DNA of 64,000 nt from contig JANHCV010000004.1 of NCBI GenBank assembly GCA_025594325.1, forward strand, positions 930,001-994,000. Reading direction: 5' to 3'. This DNA comes from Blastocladiella emersonii ATCC 22665. Lineage: Eukaryota > Fungi > Blastocladiomycota. Position numbers and translations under genes: made by a program. This document shows, piece after piece, positions 1 to 9,909 of the stretch (its first letter is position 1; every line of letters starts with the position of its first letter). Below the pieces are notes generated by a model. The model had not been told where the DNA came from and made no database searches. It worked only from the letters and a program-made list of their open reading frames with translations.

Positions 1-1662
1 GTCCTTGGACTCGAGGTGCCGCACGTACCGCAGCATCTCCGTCTCCGAGTGGTACGTGTTGAACACCGGGTGCGTCAGGAACGCCGACTTGCGAACGAGA
101 GCGGCCGGGATCGACGAGGTCGCGGGCGCGGCCGTGGCGACGGCCACGGTGGGGCCCACGGCGCGCGACGTGGTCGCGAGGTACTGCGCCTTGGCCGTGG
201 CCTGCGCGAACACGGCGAGCAGCTGCGCGATATCGGCGGCGGTCGTGGTCTCGTCGACCGAGACATTGATCTGGGTGCGGTCGGCGTTGGCGCCGAGGTT
301 GATGTTCTTCTGCTCGGCGAGGGCGAGGAGCGACTCGGCGGTCGCGGGCGTGGTGGCGATGGTGACCGTGTCGAAGAAAGTCGCGTTGACGACCTTGTGG
401 CCCTGTCCCTTGAGCCCCTCGGCGAGGACACCCGCGAGGGCGTGGATCTGCGAGGCAATGGCCTTGAGCCCGTTGGGCCCGTGGTAGACGGCGTACATGG
501 CGGCCATGTTGGCGAGGAGGGCCTGGGCGGTGCAGATGTTGGAGGTGGCCTTTTCGCGGCGAATGTGCTGCTCGCGGGTCTGGAGGGCGAGGCGGTACGC
601 CTTCTTACCGGCGGCGTCGCGGGTGACGCCAATGAGGCGGCCGGGCATGCGGCGCTTGTGGGCGTCGCCGCACGCAAAGAAGGCGGCGTGCGGGCCACCG
701 TAGCCGAGCGGCACGCCGAGCCGCTGCGCCGAGCCGAAGGCGATGTCGGCGCCCCACTCGCCGGGCGGCGTGAGGAGCGTCAGGGCGAGCAGGTCCGTCG
801 CGCAGCACACCTGGGCCTTGAGGGCGTGCATCTTGGTCGCAAAGGCGCGGTAGTCCTCGACGGACCCGTTGGCGGCCGGGTACTGGACGAGGGCGCCGAC
901 GAGGTCGTCCTTGACGGCGTCAAAGTCGAAGGTTTTGTAGTCGCCGACGACGACCTTGATGCCGAACCCCTCGGCGCGGGTGCGCAGGACGGCGATGGTC
1001 TGGTCAAAGGTGTTGGCGTCGACAAAGAAGGTGTTCTTGGCGCGCTTGGCGGCGGACCAGGTCATGAGCATGGCCTCGGCGGCGGCGGTGCCCTCGTCGA
1101 GCAGCGACGCGTTGGCGACGGGGAGCCCCGTCATGTCGGTGACGAGGGTCTGGAAGTTGAGCAGCGACTCGAGCCGGCCCTGCGATATCTCGGGCTGGTA
1201 CGGCGTGTACTGCGTGTACCACCCGGGGTTCTCGAACACGTTGCGCTGGATCACGGCCGGTACCTTGGTCCCGTAGTAGCCCTTGCCAATGTACGTCTTG
1301 GCCACCACGTTCTTGCGCGCAATCTCGCGCAGGTCCGCCAGCAGCTCCGACTCGGACCGCGGCTCGCCGAGCGCGAGCGGCTCGGTGCGCCGGATCGACG
1401 CGGGGACCGTCTTGGCGATCAGCTCGTCGACCGACTTGCACCCGACCGTCTTGAGCATGGCCTGCACGTCGGCCGCGGTCGTCGGCCCGTTGTGGCGGCG
1501 CTCGAACGAGTCGAGCGGGCGGAACTCGGAGGTCGTGGCCGTCGTGGCGAGAGCGCGGCGGGCCACGGCGGGGACGGCCGAGCGGCGGACGGCGGCTCCT
1601 GCCGAGGCAACGGCGAGGCCGCGGCGCGAGAGGGACGCGAGGCGGCGGATCGAGGACGACAT
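1..1662 (-). CDS. GCV2: Glycine dehydrogenase (decarboxylating), glycine cleavage P-protein; 5' part, runs off the window start
   Basis: Minus strand from ATG 1662 reads MSSSIRRLASLSRRGLA (mitochondrial presequence-like) ...RPLDSFERRHNGP...YIGKGYYGT...LENPGWYTQYTPYQPEISQGRLESLLNFQT...NASLLDEGTAAAEAM...SAQRLGVPLGYGGPHAAFF...REQHIRREKATSNICTAQALLANMAAMYAVYHGP. It is missing from the ORF track because there is no stop inside the window. Confidence 0.97.
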   Translation of the reverse strand, partial: MSSSIRRLASLSRRGLAVASAGAAVRRSAVPAVARRALATTATTSEFRPLDSFERRHNGPTTAADVQAMLKTVGCKSVDELIAKTVPASIRRTEPLALGEPRSESELLADLREIARKNVVAKTYIGKGYYGTKVPAVIQRNVFENPGWYTQYTPYQPEISQGRLESLLNFQTLVTDMTGLPVANASLLDEGTAAAEAMLMTWSAAKRAKNTFFVDANTFDQTIAVLRTRAEGFGIKVVVGDYKTFDFDAVKDDLVGALVQYPAANGSVEDYRAFATKMHALKAQVCCATDLLALTLLTPPGEWGADIAFGSAQRLGVPLGYGGPHAAFFACGDAHKRRMPGRLIGVTRDAAGKKAYRLALQTREQHIRREKATSNICTAQALLANMAAMYAVYHGPNGLKAIASQIHALAGVLAEGLKGQGHKVVNATFFDTVTIATTPATAESLLALAEQKNINLGANADRTQINVSVDETTTAADIAQLLAVFAQATAKAQYLATTSRAVGPTVAVATAAPATSSIPAALVRKSAFLTHPVFNTYHSETEMLRYVRHLESKD

Positions 1663-2229
1663 GGTGGTTCTGTGGCAGGGGAGGTGTGAGCACTCGTCGG
1701 GCGCAGTACGGGCAGAGGGAGCGTCTGTACCTCACACACAAGCAAGAGTAAGGGGAGAAAGCACGTCCAACGCGCGCTGAAAGAGGCAAAGGGGCGAACA
1801 CGGCCGACGCGTGCGTGCGAGTGTGCGCAGCAAGTAGAGCAAGACCCGAAGAGTGCGATCGCGGCCCGTAGCAGTCGGGCGGAACGATGGGTGTGCGTAG
1901 AGTGCAGGGTGAGGGGGCAAGGGAGAGAGAAGGCGGATTGCGCACAAGGCGCGAGAGGGTGGGGCAGGCAGGGCGGCGGCGGGCGAGCACGGCGGGAACC
2001 TCCGCCAGCAGAGGACAGAGCGGCCCGCGAGACGGCCCGCCCGCCCGCCCTCGCGCAAGTGTAGAGTTGCCACGTGCCCGTGAGCGTCGCCCGGCTTTGC
2101 CCGACGGTGCGCCACCGCCACTCTGCCGCGGGAGCGTGTCGCGCCACACTGCGATGGTCGCGGACCTCCATCATCGGCCAAAACCCCTCACGCGATACCA
2201 TTTCCTTGGCTGATCCCCAACAGATGAAT

Positions 2230-4140
2230 CTATTCACTCCCTTGACTTCCACGGGCGCCAGCGCCAGCGGCCGCTGCCTGCGTGTACAGGTGCAGCTCGA
2301 CGTCCGTGGCCATGGCGGCGCCGCGGACCTGGCCGTGCGCGCGCCACTCGGCCTTGGCCTGCGTCGACCCGCCCGTCGCGCACATCTCGGCCCACGCCGC
2401 GAGGACTGCGACCTCGTTGGCCGCGCGGACGTGGAGCGCCCACGGCCGCGTGCCCACCGCCGCCTCCTCTGTCTCAGCACCGGGACCGCCAATGACGCCG
2501 AGCTCGTGGTGGACGAGAATCTCCATGACCTCGAACGACCGGTCGCGCGACACGAGGACGAGCGGGCGGGTCCGCAGCGCGCCACGACTCGTCGCGAGGT
2601 GGAGGAGGGCCTCGTAGTCGGCCGACTCCTTGACGGTGCGGGCGACCGTGTGGTACTGGAGGTACGTGCACCCCTGCAGCTGGTGGCCCCACGACTCGTG
2701 CTTGTTGTGGCCGAGCCCGTGCACGTGCACGTCGAACCACGGCTTGTCGAGGGCGCGGATCAGGTCCATGCTCGCCGACACGTTGTCGCCGTCCCACACC
2801 ACGGCGATCGACCCGCGTTCCTCCTCCTGGGCACCTTCCCCGCGGTACGCGGCGAGCAGCGCGACGAGCGCGCGCACCATGCGGCGGCCGAGCATCTCGA
2901 CGCCGTTCGCCGTGAGCGTGCGCGCGAACGCATCGGCATCAACGCGGAACCCGTGCAGGAGCGCGTCCATGAGCTGCATCGTGGGCGAGACCGACGACCC
3001 GATCGCCTGGCCGGCGCTCGCGTGCCGCGCCATGATCGCGTCGGGCGCCACGCGCTCGTACAGCTGCAGCACCGCGAAGTGGTCGGCGGCCACCTCGACG
3101 CCCGCCGCGTGCAGGTGCAGGTGCGCCCGCGCCAGCTCGCACAGGTACACGAGCATCGCGTCCGTGATGCTTCCCGCGGTGTACCGCTGCTTGCCGCCGC
3201 CGCCGCCGCCGCGCTTGCGCTCGACCACGAACGAGATCTGCGTCAGCATCGTCTGCACGTCGCCGCGCCGCCAGCTGCGGTTCCCGGGCGCCGTGGTCAG
3301 GAGCCGGCGCAGGTGCATGATGGCCGCGTGCGCGCCGCCGCCCGTGCCGCCGCCGCCGCCGCCGCCACCGCGGCGGAGCGTGAGGACGCAGTACTCGGCG
3401 GCGCCGGCACGCGCGTCGTACGCGGACCCCGCGCCCGCGCCGAGCTGGTCGAGCGCCGCCGCGTACGCGAGCAGCTGGCACCCGTGGATCAGGGCGTCGA
3501 CGGGCCGCGCGGGGTCGGACAGGAACAGTTTGCGCGACGCGTTGAAGACGCTGCGCACGGAGCCGGACCCCGCGCCGCCGCGCACGATCTGCACCGTCAC
3601 CTTGTACACGAGCTGCAGGAAGTCGGCGGTGGGCGCGGCGAGCACGGTCGAGTCGGCCGTCTGTAGCAGCAGGGCCGCGACGCCGAGGTTGTTGAGGAAC
3701 GCGGGCGCCGGGTAGTAGCCCGGAGCGAGCTTGGCGCGCGCCGTCGGCAGCGCGCGCGACTCGGCGACCAGCGTGATGAAGTCGTCGAGCGTGCGTCGCG
3801 GGCCACGGGTTGTTTCGGACACGATCACCACTTCGTCGTCGTCGTCTTCGGGGAAATCGTCGTCGTCTGAGACCACGATGTACCGGTCCGCGTCCACCTC
3901 CATGCCGTCGTCGGCATCACGCTCGTCATCACTGTCGTCGAGCAGGTCGACCACCTCGACCGGCCTTGGCGGTCCGGCTCGCAGTGATGGAGCAGGTGCG
4001 GGCGTAGATGCAGGTACGGGCGTTGAGGAAGGCCGTCGTGGTAGACTCGGCGGGACGGGGACGGCCGGTGGGGTCGGGATCACGCCCGGCGGCACGGGCG
4101 ACGCGAACGGGACGATGCCCGGTGGTGGTGCTTTGCTCAT
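2230..4140 (-). CDS. Hypothetical protein: Pro-rich N-terminus, acidic SIM-like motifs, C-terminal NYN (PIN-like) RNase-type domain
   Basis: ORF 2230..4311, likely start MSKAPPP at 4140. The C-terminal motifs IAVVWDGDNV / KESADYEALL / LVLVSRDRSF follow the NYN pattern (DxxN, KxxxD, SxDxDF), recognised by eye. Confidence 0.6.
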   Translation of the reverse strand: MSKAPPPGIVPFASPVPPGVIPTPPAVPVPPSLPRRPSSTPVPASTPAPAPSLRAGPPRPVEVVDLLDDSDDERDADDGMEVDADRYIVVSDDDDFPEDDDDEVVIVSETTRGPRRTLDDFITLVAESRALPTARAKLAPGYYPAPAFLNNLGVAALLLQTADSTVLAAPTADFLQLVYKVTVQIVRGGAGSGSVRSVFNASRKLFLSDPARPVDALIHGCQLLAYAAALDQLGAGAGSAYDARAGAAEYCVLTLRRGGGGGGGGTGGGAHAAIMHLRRLLTTAPGNRSWRRGDVQTMLTQISFVVERKRGGGGGGKQRYTAGSITDAMLVYLCELARAHLHLHAAGVEVAADHFAVLQLYERVAPDAIMARHASAGQAIGSSVSPTMQLMDALLHGFRVDADAFARTLTANGVEMLGRRMVRALVALLAAYRGEGAQEEERGSIAVVWDGDNVSASMDLIRALDKPWFDVHVHGLGHNKHESWGHQLQGCTYLQYHTVARTVKESADYEALLHLATSRGALRTRPLVLVSRDRSFEVMEILVHHELGVIGGPGAETEEAAVGTRPWALHVRAANEVAVLAAWAEMCATGGSTQAKAEWRAHGQVRGAAMATDVELHLYTQAAAAGAGARGSQGSE

Positions 4141-4328
4141 GGCTGGTCGTGTTGCGGGGGGTTGCTGTCGTTTCGGGATGGATGCATTCGTTGTGGTGTG
4201 TGGGGTGAGGGAGAGAGCGCGGCGAGTGCGGCCGTGTGACGCGCGACGCGACCACCGCGACGACGCGTTCGACACGAAGAATGAAGGCCTGTATAAACTG
4301 CATGTATACAAAAAATCTGCTCACCAAC

Positions 4329-6099
4329 TCACCCATCAAACCCGCCGTCCGCCATATCGTAAGTAGCCTGGACCATCATCTGGTTCGCGATATACAGCCC
4401 GGCGTGCATCTCCATCTGGCGCTCAAACTCGCGGTTCTGCTCCTCGCGCTCCTCGTACGCGGCCTCGAGGTCCGACATGGTCAGCTGCGGCACGCCCGTG
4501 TCGTACTCGGACTCGTCCTCCTCGGCGACGCTCGGCGGCACGTCCGCGTCCGGCACCGCCGCCGCGCTCACGTCGGCCGCCGTCAGGACCGCGGGTACCG
4601 GCATCGCGTACATGGGCGAGTTCGGGTTGGCCAGCGGGTGCGCCGCTGAGGGGGTGAGGGCGGGCTTCGGCGGCTCGGGAGACGCGGTGGTGGGAGCAGC
4701 CACCGCGAGCGACGCGAGGTCCTCGGCGACCGAGGTCGTCGGCTTGTCGGCCTCGGGCGCTGCGGCTGCGGTGGTTGGAGCCGCCTCCGCTTCCGCGGTC
4801 GTGGTCGCGGTGGAAGTCTCGGTCGCGAGAGCCACCGCAGCAGCAACAGGCGCGACCACCGTGGCCGCCGCGGCCACCGTAGGCGCAGCGGGCTCGGCGA
4901 CCACCGCCGCCACCGTCGCAGGAGCAGCCGCGCGGGCAGCGGCGGCGTCGGCCGGCGTGACCTCGTACGCGAACACGGCCGCACGGAACATGCGCCGCCA
5001 CTCGCCATCCTCGCCCTCGCCGCCAGTCACCTCGAGGTCAGCGGGGACGACGATGCGCGGGAACGTGGTGAACGCGACGCGCGCCAACGCCTCCTCCTCC
5101 TCGCCCTCGCCGTCGCCGACATACTTGCTAGCGATCGTCGGGACCGGGTGCCGCACGTAGTCGCTCTGGACGTCACCGCCGGCGGGGATCCAGTGCAGCG
5201 CGAGCCGCGGGTCGACGGCGCGGACCGCCGCGACCGCGAGCACACTGCCGACGACCGCGTCATGCACCGCGGCGTCGTCGGCGCGCGTAAGCTCGAGCCC
5301 CGCAAAGATGCCCCGGACGCGCGCCGCGACCGCGGCCACAGCCTCGCTCCACGCGCGCGGCATCGGCTCGCCGGTCGCGACGTGCGTGGCGACCATATGC
5401 CAGACAGCGCGCGCGTGGGCTTTCGCCTGGCCATGGCCGTCGTCGTCGGTCGGGAACCACCCCGCGACCGCCGCGAGAACCGCGTGGGAGACGAGCGCCG
5501 TCAGGTACGGCTGCGCGAGGTCGCGCGAGAAGTCGAGGTCCGAGAAGGGCGAGGCGCCGACGAGGGCGCGGAGCTGCGCGAGGGCGCCGTCGATGACGGC
5601 CGCGGCGGGCGTCGTGTCGCGGACCAGGATGCCCGTCGCGATGGCGGCCAGCAGGTCCTGCGCGTTCTCGAGCGCGCGGGCGGCGCGCGGGAGGTCGAAC
5701 TCGGACTCGTGCTCCGGCTCGTAGCCGTAGCTGTGCTCAGTGTACGCGGGCAGCAGGTCCTCGGCCGCCACCGACGGGGCCTTGGCCTCGGTGGGTGCGA
5801 CGGGTTCCAAGCTCGGGATGGAGACATCCACCAGCGTCGCGGAGCTCTCGCCCTGGTCGTTCATCGCGGGCGGCGGGGGCGGAGCGACGTTGCGCGACGA
5901 CGACGACGAGGACCGCTTCTTGGCGCCAAAGACGCTCTCTATCAGGTCGTGGAGGGGCATGATGAGATCAAATCGCTGGCACAGCGAGGGGAGAGCAAGT
6001 ACTGATGAACTTGATGAGCGGGTTCGGCTCCTTCTTGTCGCTCGGCGGCGCCGGCGGCGCCGAGGCTGATGAGGTGGCCGCTTCCGGGTCGTTTGACAT
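4329..6099 (-). CDS. Hypothetical protein; probable start at 6099 with a 1-nt frameshift near 5970, otherwise start at 5960
   Basis: Long GC3-rich ORF from MPLHDL (5960) to stop 4329. An upstream ATG at 6099 in typical start context opens a 44-codon frame (MSNDPEAATSSAS...PLIKFISTCSPLAVPAI*) offset by 1 nt. No family recognised. Confidence 0.6.
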
Positions 6100-6217
6100 G
6101 GCGTAGTGTGCAGGTGCGCGATGCGGTAGAGTTCAAATTCGGGTCGGATGAGAGAGAGAGGGAGGGAGAAGCGGTGTGCGGTCACCGCCGCCACAGGTCA
6201 CCCGGCCACCGTTGCGC

Positions 6218-6255
6218 GACCACCACCGCTGACCACCACCGCTGACCACCACCGC
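6218..6255 (+). repeat. 13-bp tandem repeat GACCACCACCGCT, about 3 copies, upstream of the 4329-6099 gene
   Basis: Units start at 6218, 6231 and 6244; the last is truncated by one base. Confidence 0.85.
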
Positions 6256-6441
6256 CTCGGCCACCGCTTCGCCTTCGCCTTTACGCCGTGATCTAGCCTG
6301 ATCCTCACGCGATGGAGACCTGTCAAGGGTCGGAATCGGTAGAGGGCGGATAGACGAACCAGCGTATGTGCAATTGAAAGCAAATTGTATACAAAACTGA
6401 GGAACTAAGGCCGCACGCGGCCCGCGACATACACGCGTCGT

Positions 6442-8603
6442 TTACTCAAAGTCATCCTCGGCATCATCCTCGTAGTCGCCCTCATCGGCAGCATCGGCGT
6501 CATTGTCCTCATCGTCGTCGTCAGCGTCGATCATACCGCCCTTGGCCTGGACGCCGTCGTCCTCGTCCTCGTCGTCGTCATCGACCGTCTTGGCGCGGTG
6601 CGTGGTACCCACATCCTCCTCGTCGTCATCGTCGTCGAACCGGTTCGCCGAGGAGCTCCCGGCGCCCGACGCCGACGGCCGCTCGTCGTCCCACTCCTCG
6701 TCGGCGTCGGCGTCCGCGTCGCGCGAGCTGTGGCCACGGCGACCCGAATCGTCCTCGTCATCGTCGTCGTCGCGGTCGCGCGAGTTGTTACCGCCGCGGC
6801 GGCCGCCGTCCTCCTCCTCGTCATCGTCGTCGCGGTTGCGGGACTGGTTCCCGTTATCGTTGTTGCCCGACTTGTCCTGGTTCTCCTCGTCGACCTGCTG
6901 GCGCGACGTCGAGGTACCGGCACCGGCCGCGCCGGCCGCGCCAGCACCAGCAGCGCCAGCGCCAGCGGCACCCGACCCGCCCGCCGCCGCGGCCGCGCCG
7001 GCGGCCGCCCCGCTGCCCTTCATGAGACTGATGGACGCGGTGACGACGCCGACGGTGGCGCTGGCGGCCATGGCGAAGGGGGAGACGATGCTAGCGTTCT
7101 CGCGGAGGCGCTCCTTGAAGGTCTGGCGGCCGCGGGCCTGGTGCTGCAGGTCGACGACGGCCTGGCGCTCGGGGCACAGGGTGAAGACCGAGTTTTCGTC
7201 GGCGGGGTGCGAGATGTCGCCGGTCAGGCGGGCGGCGAGGGGCGCGTTGCGGGCGAGGCGGCCCGTCTTGGTCTTCTCGATGACGAGGCGCTTCTTGGAC
7301 TTGACGTGGATGAGCGAGACGGCGAGCTGCGAGGCCGGGTCCTTGGTCAGCTGCCACAGGACCTCCTCCGAGTTGATGTCGTCGGTCGTGAAGAAGGTGC
7401 CGTTCGAGTGCGCGCTGATCAATTCTTGGGTCCGGCTGTTCAAGATCACGACAAACTGGTCGCGGGCCTGCTTGCCATCGAGGTGCTTGAGCGTCATCTT
7501 TTCGTTATCCTCGGGGTCCTTGACGAGGGCGAGGAACTCGAAGAAGGCGATCTTGGCGCCCTCGCGCAGCAGGTCGGTCTTGCCGACGAGGATATCGGTG
7601 CCCGAGGGCTTCTCGGCGGCCTCGGCCAGAATGTACGACTCGCGGTCCTTGAACTGGATGGCCGCGGGCACCGTCAGTTCGATGCCGTGGTTGCCCTTCT
7701 TGCGGAAGTCGTCGAGCGCGGAACTCGTCTTGTCCGACTTGACGGCGGCGCGCGTGTCGTCGGCCGTGATGGGGACCATGGGCGCGGGCTTCTTGGCGGG
7801 CATCGGCTGCTGCTGCTGCTGCTGCGGCGGGCGCTGCTGGGGCTGGCCCTGGGCGGGAACGCCGGCGGGGCGCGCCTGCTGAGGCTGGCCCTGAGCCTGC
7901 TGGACAGGCACGACGCGGGGCGCGGCGGCGACGGGAGCACCACCGGCGGGAGCAGCGGCAGCGGGGGCGGGCGCGGGAGCCGCCTTGACGTCGACCTTGG
8001 GCGCGGGCGGCAGGTAGTTCTTGACGGTCACCCCCACCAGGGCGGCGGGCTCGGCGACGGGCACCATGGCGAGCTTGCCGTCCTTGAAGCCAAAGGCAAA
8101 CTCGGGCTTGGAGTTGGACACGAGCGCGAAGACGCCGGGCTTGCCCTCGAGCTCCTGTTCATCGCAACATCGAGTGGTGAGCGGCGCTCGAACAGTAACA
8201 CGGCGGCCAGGAAACGTACCGAGAGCGTCCAGGCCTGGTTGGGGAACGGCTTCATGTTGCCGAACAGCTTCTGCCCACCGACGTTGCCAAAGTAGAGGCG
8301 CATGCCGGGGAAGTGGACCGCGACGATGGCCTTCTCGGCGGCGAGGCGCGCGAGGTCCGCGGGCTTGGCCGGGTCCGTCACGGCGTTGGCGACAATGGGC
8401 CGCAGCGACGCCTGCATGCTCGGGAGCGCCCAGTCGGCGAGCTTGGCGAGCTTGGGCACGCCGCGGTCCAGCTGCAGCAGCGCATCGGGCTCGACGGCCG
8501 ACTCGTCGGCCGCGACGACCGAGAGGTACGGGTAGCCGTCGGCGGGCGGCGCCTGGTACGGCGGCGGCGCGGGGCCGGTCGGGGCGGGGGTCGACGCGAG
8601 CAT
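6442..8603 (-). CDS. Hypothetical protein, 2 exons (8603-8220, 8154-6442); Q/P-rich linker and very acidic C-terminal tail
   Basis: Exon 1 is MLASTPAPTG...NQAWTLS. GTACGT donor at 8219 and CAG acceptor at 8155 splice in frame into ELEGKPGVF. Tail of repeated DDDDE blocks. Confidence 0.75.
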
Positions 8604-8848
8604 GGTGGCGGTTCGTTCGTTGCAAAGATGACGAGTTTGGGAGAGGAGAGAGGGAGCAGCAGGGATCGTGGCGGGTTTTGTGGGCTCTTCGACTTCTTTC
8701 GACTCGACGCGCACCGCACCGCAAAGGCGGCGATACACCGGATGCCGTTGCGCCCCGCTGCACGCGATGGCCCGGTGCGACCAAAGTCGCAAGGGTCGGT
8801 CGCCACGAACGAACCCTCCTCCCCTCCGCCAAGACGACACACACCACC

Positions 8849-9841
8849 ATGACCATGATGATCGACACCCTCGACCCGTCCGCCTCCGCGATCCTAATCT
8901 CCGCCTCGTCCGCGCTGCGCGAGAGCTACCTCGGCGCGCTGTGGTGTCCCGTGGAAGCGTTCCGCGCTCGCGTCGCCGTCGACGCCACCGACGCGCCCGT
9001 CGCCGACCCGGCGCCCGCGCACGCCCGGTGGACCGCCGTGCGCGGCGCCGGCGACACGCCGCTCGTCGTGCGCGCCATCACTGCGCCCGCCGAGGGCAGT
9101 GGGGAGCTCTTGGCCGATCTCGTCGCGCTCGCCGCGTTCGCCGCCGCACACCGCCACGTCGTCGGGGTCTCCGGGATCGCGGCGAATGGCGCAGACAAGG
9201 GCACGCTGCTCGTCGCGACGCCCGCGGGGAACGGGTCGCTCGCGGCGCTGCTGCGCAAGTGGGACGTGGCCGCGCGCGAGACGGCGTCGGGTCCCGCCAC
9301 CACCGCCTCGCCGACCACCAACGATACCAGCAGCACGGCCGTGACATCGCTCGGCTCTCGCGCAGCACTGAACCCGGCGACGATGCCGCTGACGCCTCGC
9401 CTCGCGCTGTCGTGGTTCCGCGACATGCTTGAGGGCGTGCTCGTGTGGCACGCGCGCACCGAGTCGGGCGAGCGGCTGTCGCCGACCTTCACGACGCGCG
9501 CGCTGCGGCTGACGCCCGAGTACGTTTACGTGTCGTCGCCGGACCTGCGCGCGCAGATCGATGTCGCGTGGATGTGCGACCCCGACCCCGCGATGCTCGA
9601 CAGCGAGCCCGAGAACCCGGCGGCGTTCGAGCTGCAGGGCCTCAGCGACCTGCTGAGCCAGCTGCAGCGCGCCATGGCGCTCGACCTGGCGGACCCCGCG
9701 GCGGAGAACCTCGCGACCGACCTCCTGTACCTCGTGGTCGAGATCGAGTCGGCCGCCGAGGACCCCGACCTCGTCGACGCCGCGCCCGCGGTCCAGGGCG
9801 CGCTCGAGAGCGTGTGCAAGCTGCTCGCTGAGCTTGACTGA
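8849..9841 (+). CDS. Stand-alone pseudokinase (degenerate protein kinase fold), about 330 aa
   Basis: Ordered remnants of kinase subdomains: PLVVRAI (VAVK), AHRHVVGVSG (HPNIVxLxG), LLVATPAGNGSLAALLR (hinge), LSWFRDMLEGVLVWHAR (alphaE), RALRLTPEYVYV (HRDLKPENILV), AQIDVAW (DFG). Catalytic K, HRD and DFG are absent. Confidence 0.6.
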   Translation: MTMMIDTLDPSASAILISASSALRESYLGALWCPVEAFRARVAVDATDAPVADPAPAHARWTAVRGAGDTPLVVRAITAPAEGSGELLADLVALAAFAAAHRHVVGVSGIAANGADKGTLLVATPAGNGSLAALLRKWDVAARETASGPATTASPTTNDTSSTAVTSLGSRAALNPATMPLTPRLALSWFRDMLEGVLVWHARTESGERLSPTFTTRALRLTPEYVYVSSPDLRAQIDVAWMCDPDPAMLDSEPENPAAFELQGLSDLLSQLQRAMALDLADPAAENLATDLLYLVVEIESAAEDPDLVDAAPAVQGALESVCKLLAELD

Positions 9842-9909
9842 TTGTGTTTGTGGGAGAAGCAACAGACGCCATGTATACACACAAAACTGAATCCTCTAAA
9901 CACGACACC

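Noticed and set aside
16-1689. 557-aa plus-strand ORF
   Set aside because: Antisense shadow of GCV2; the R/G/V-rich composition is typical of reverse-strand reading of GC3-biased codons.
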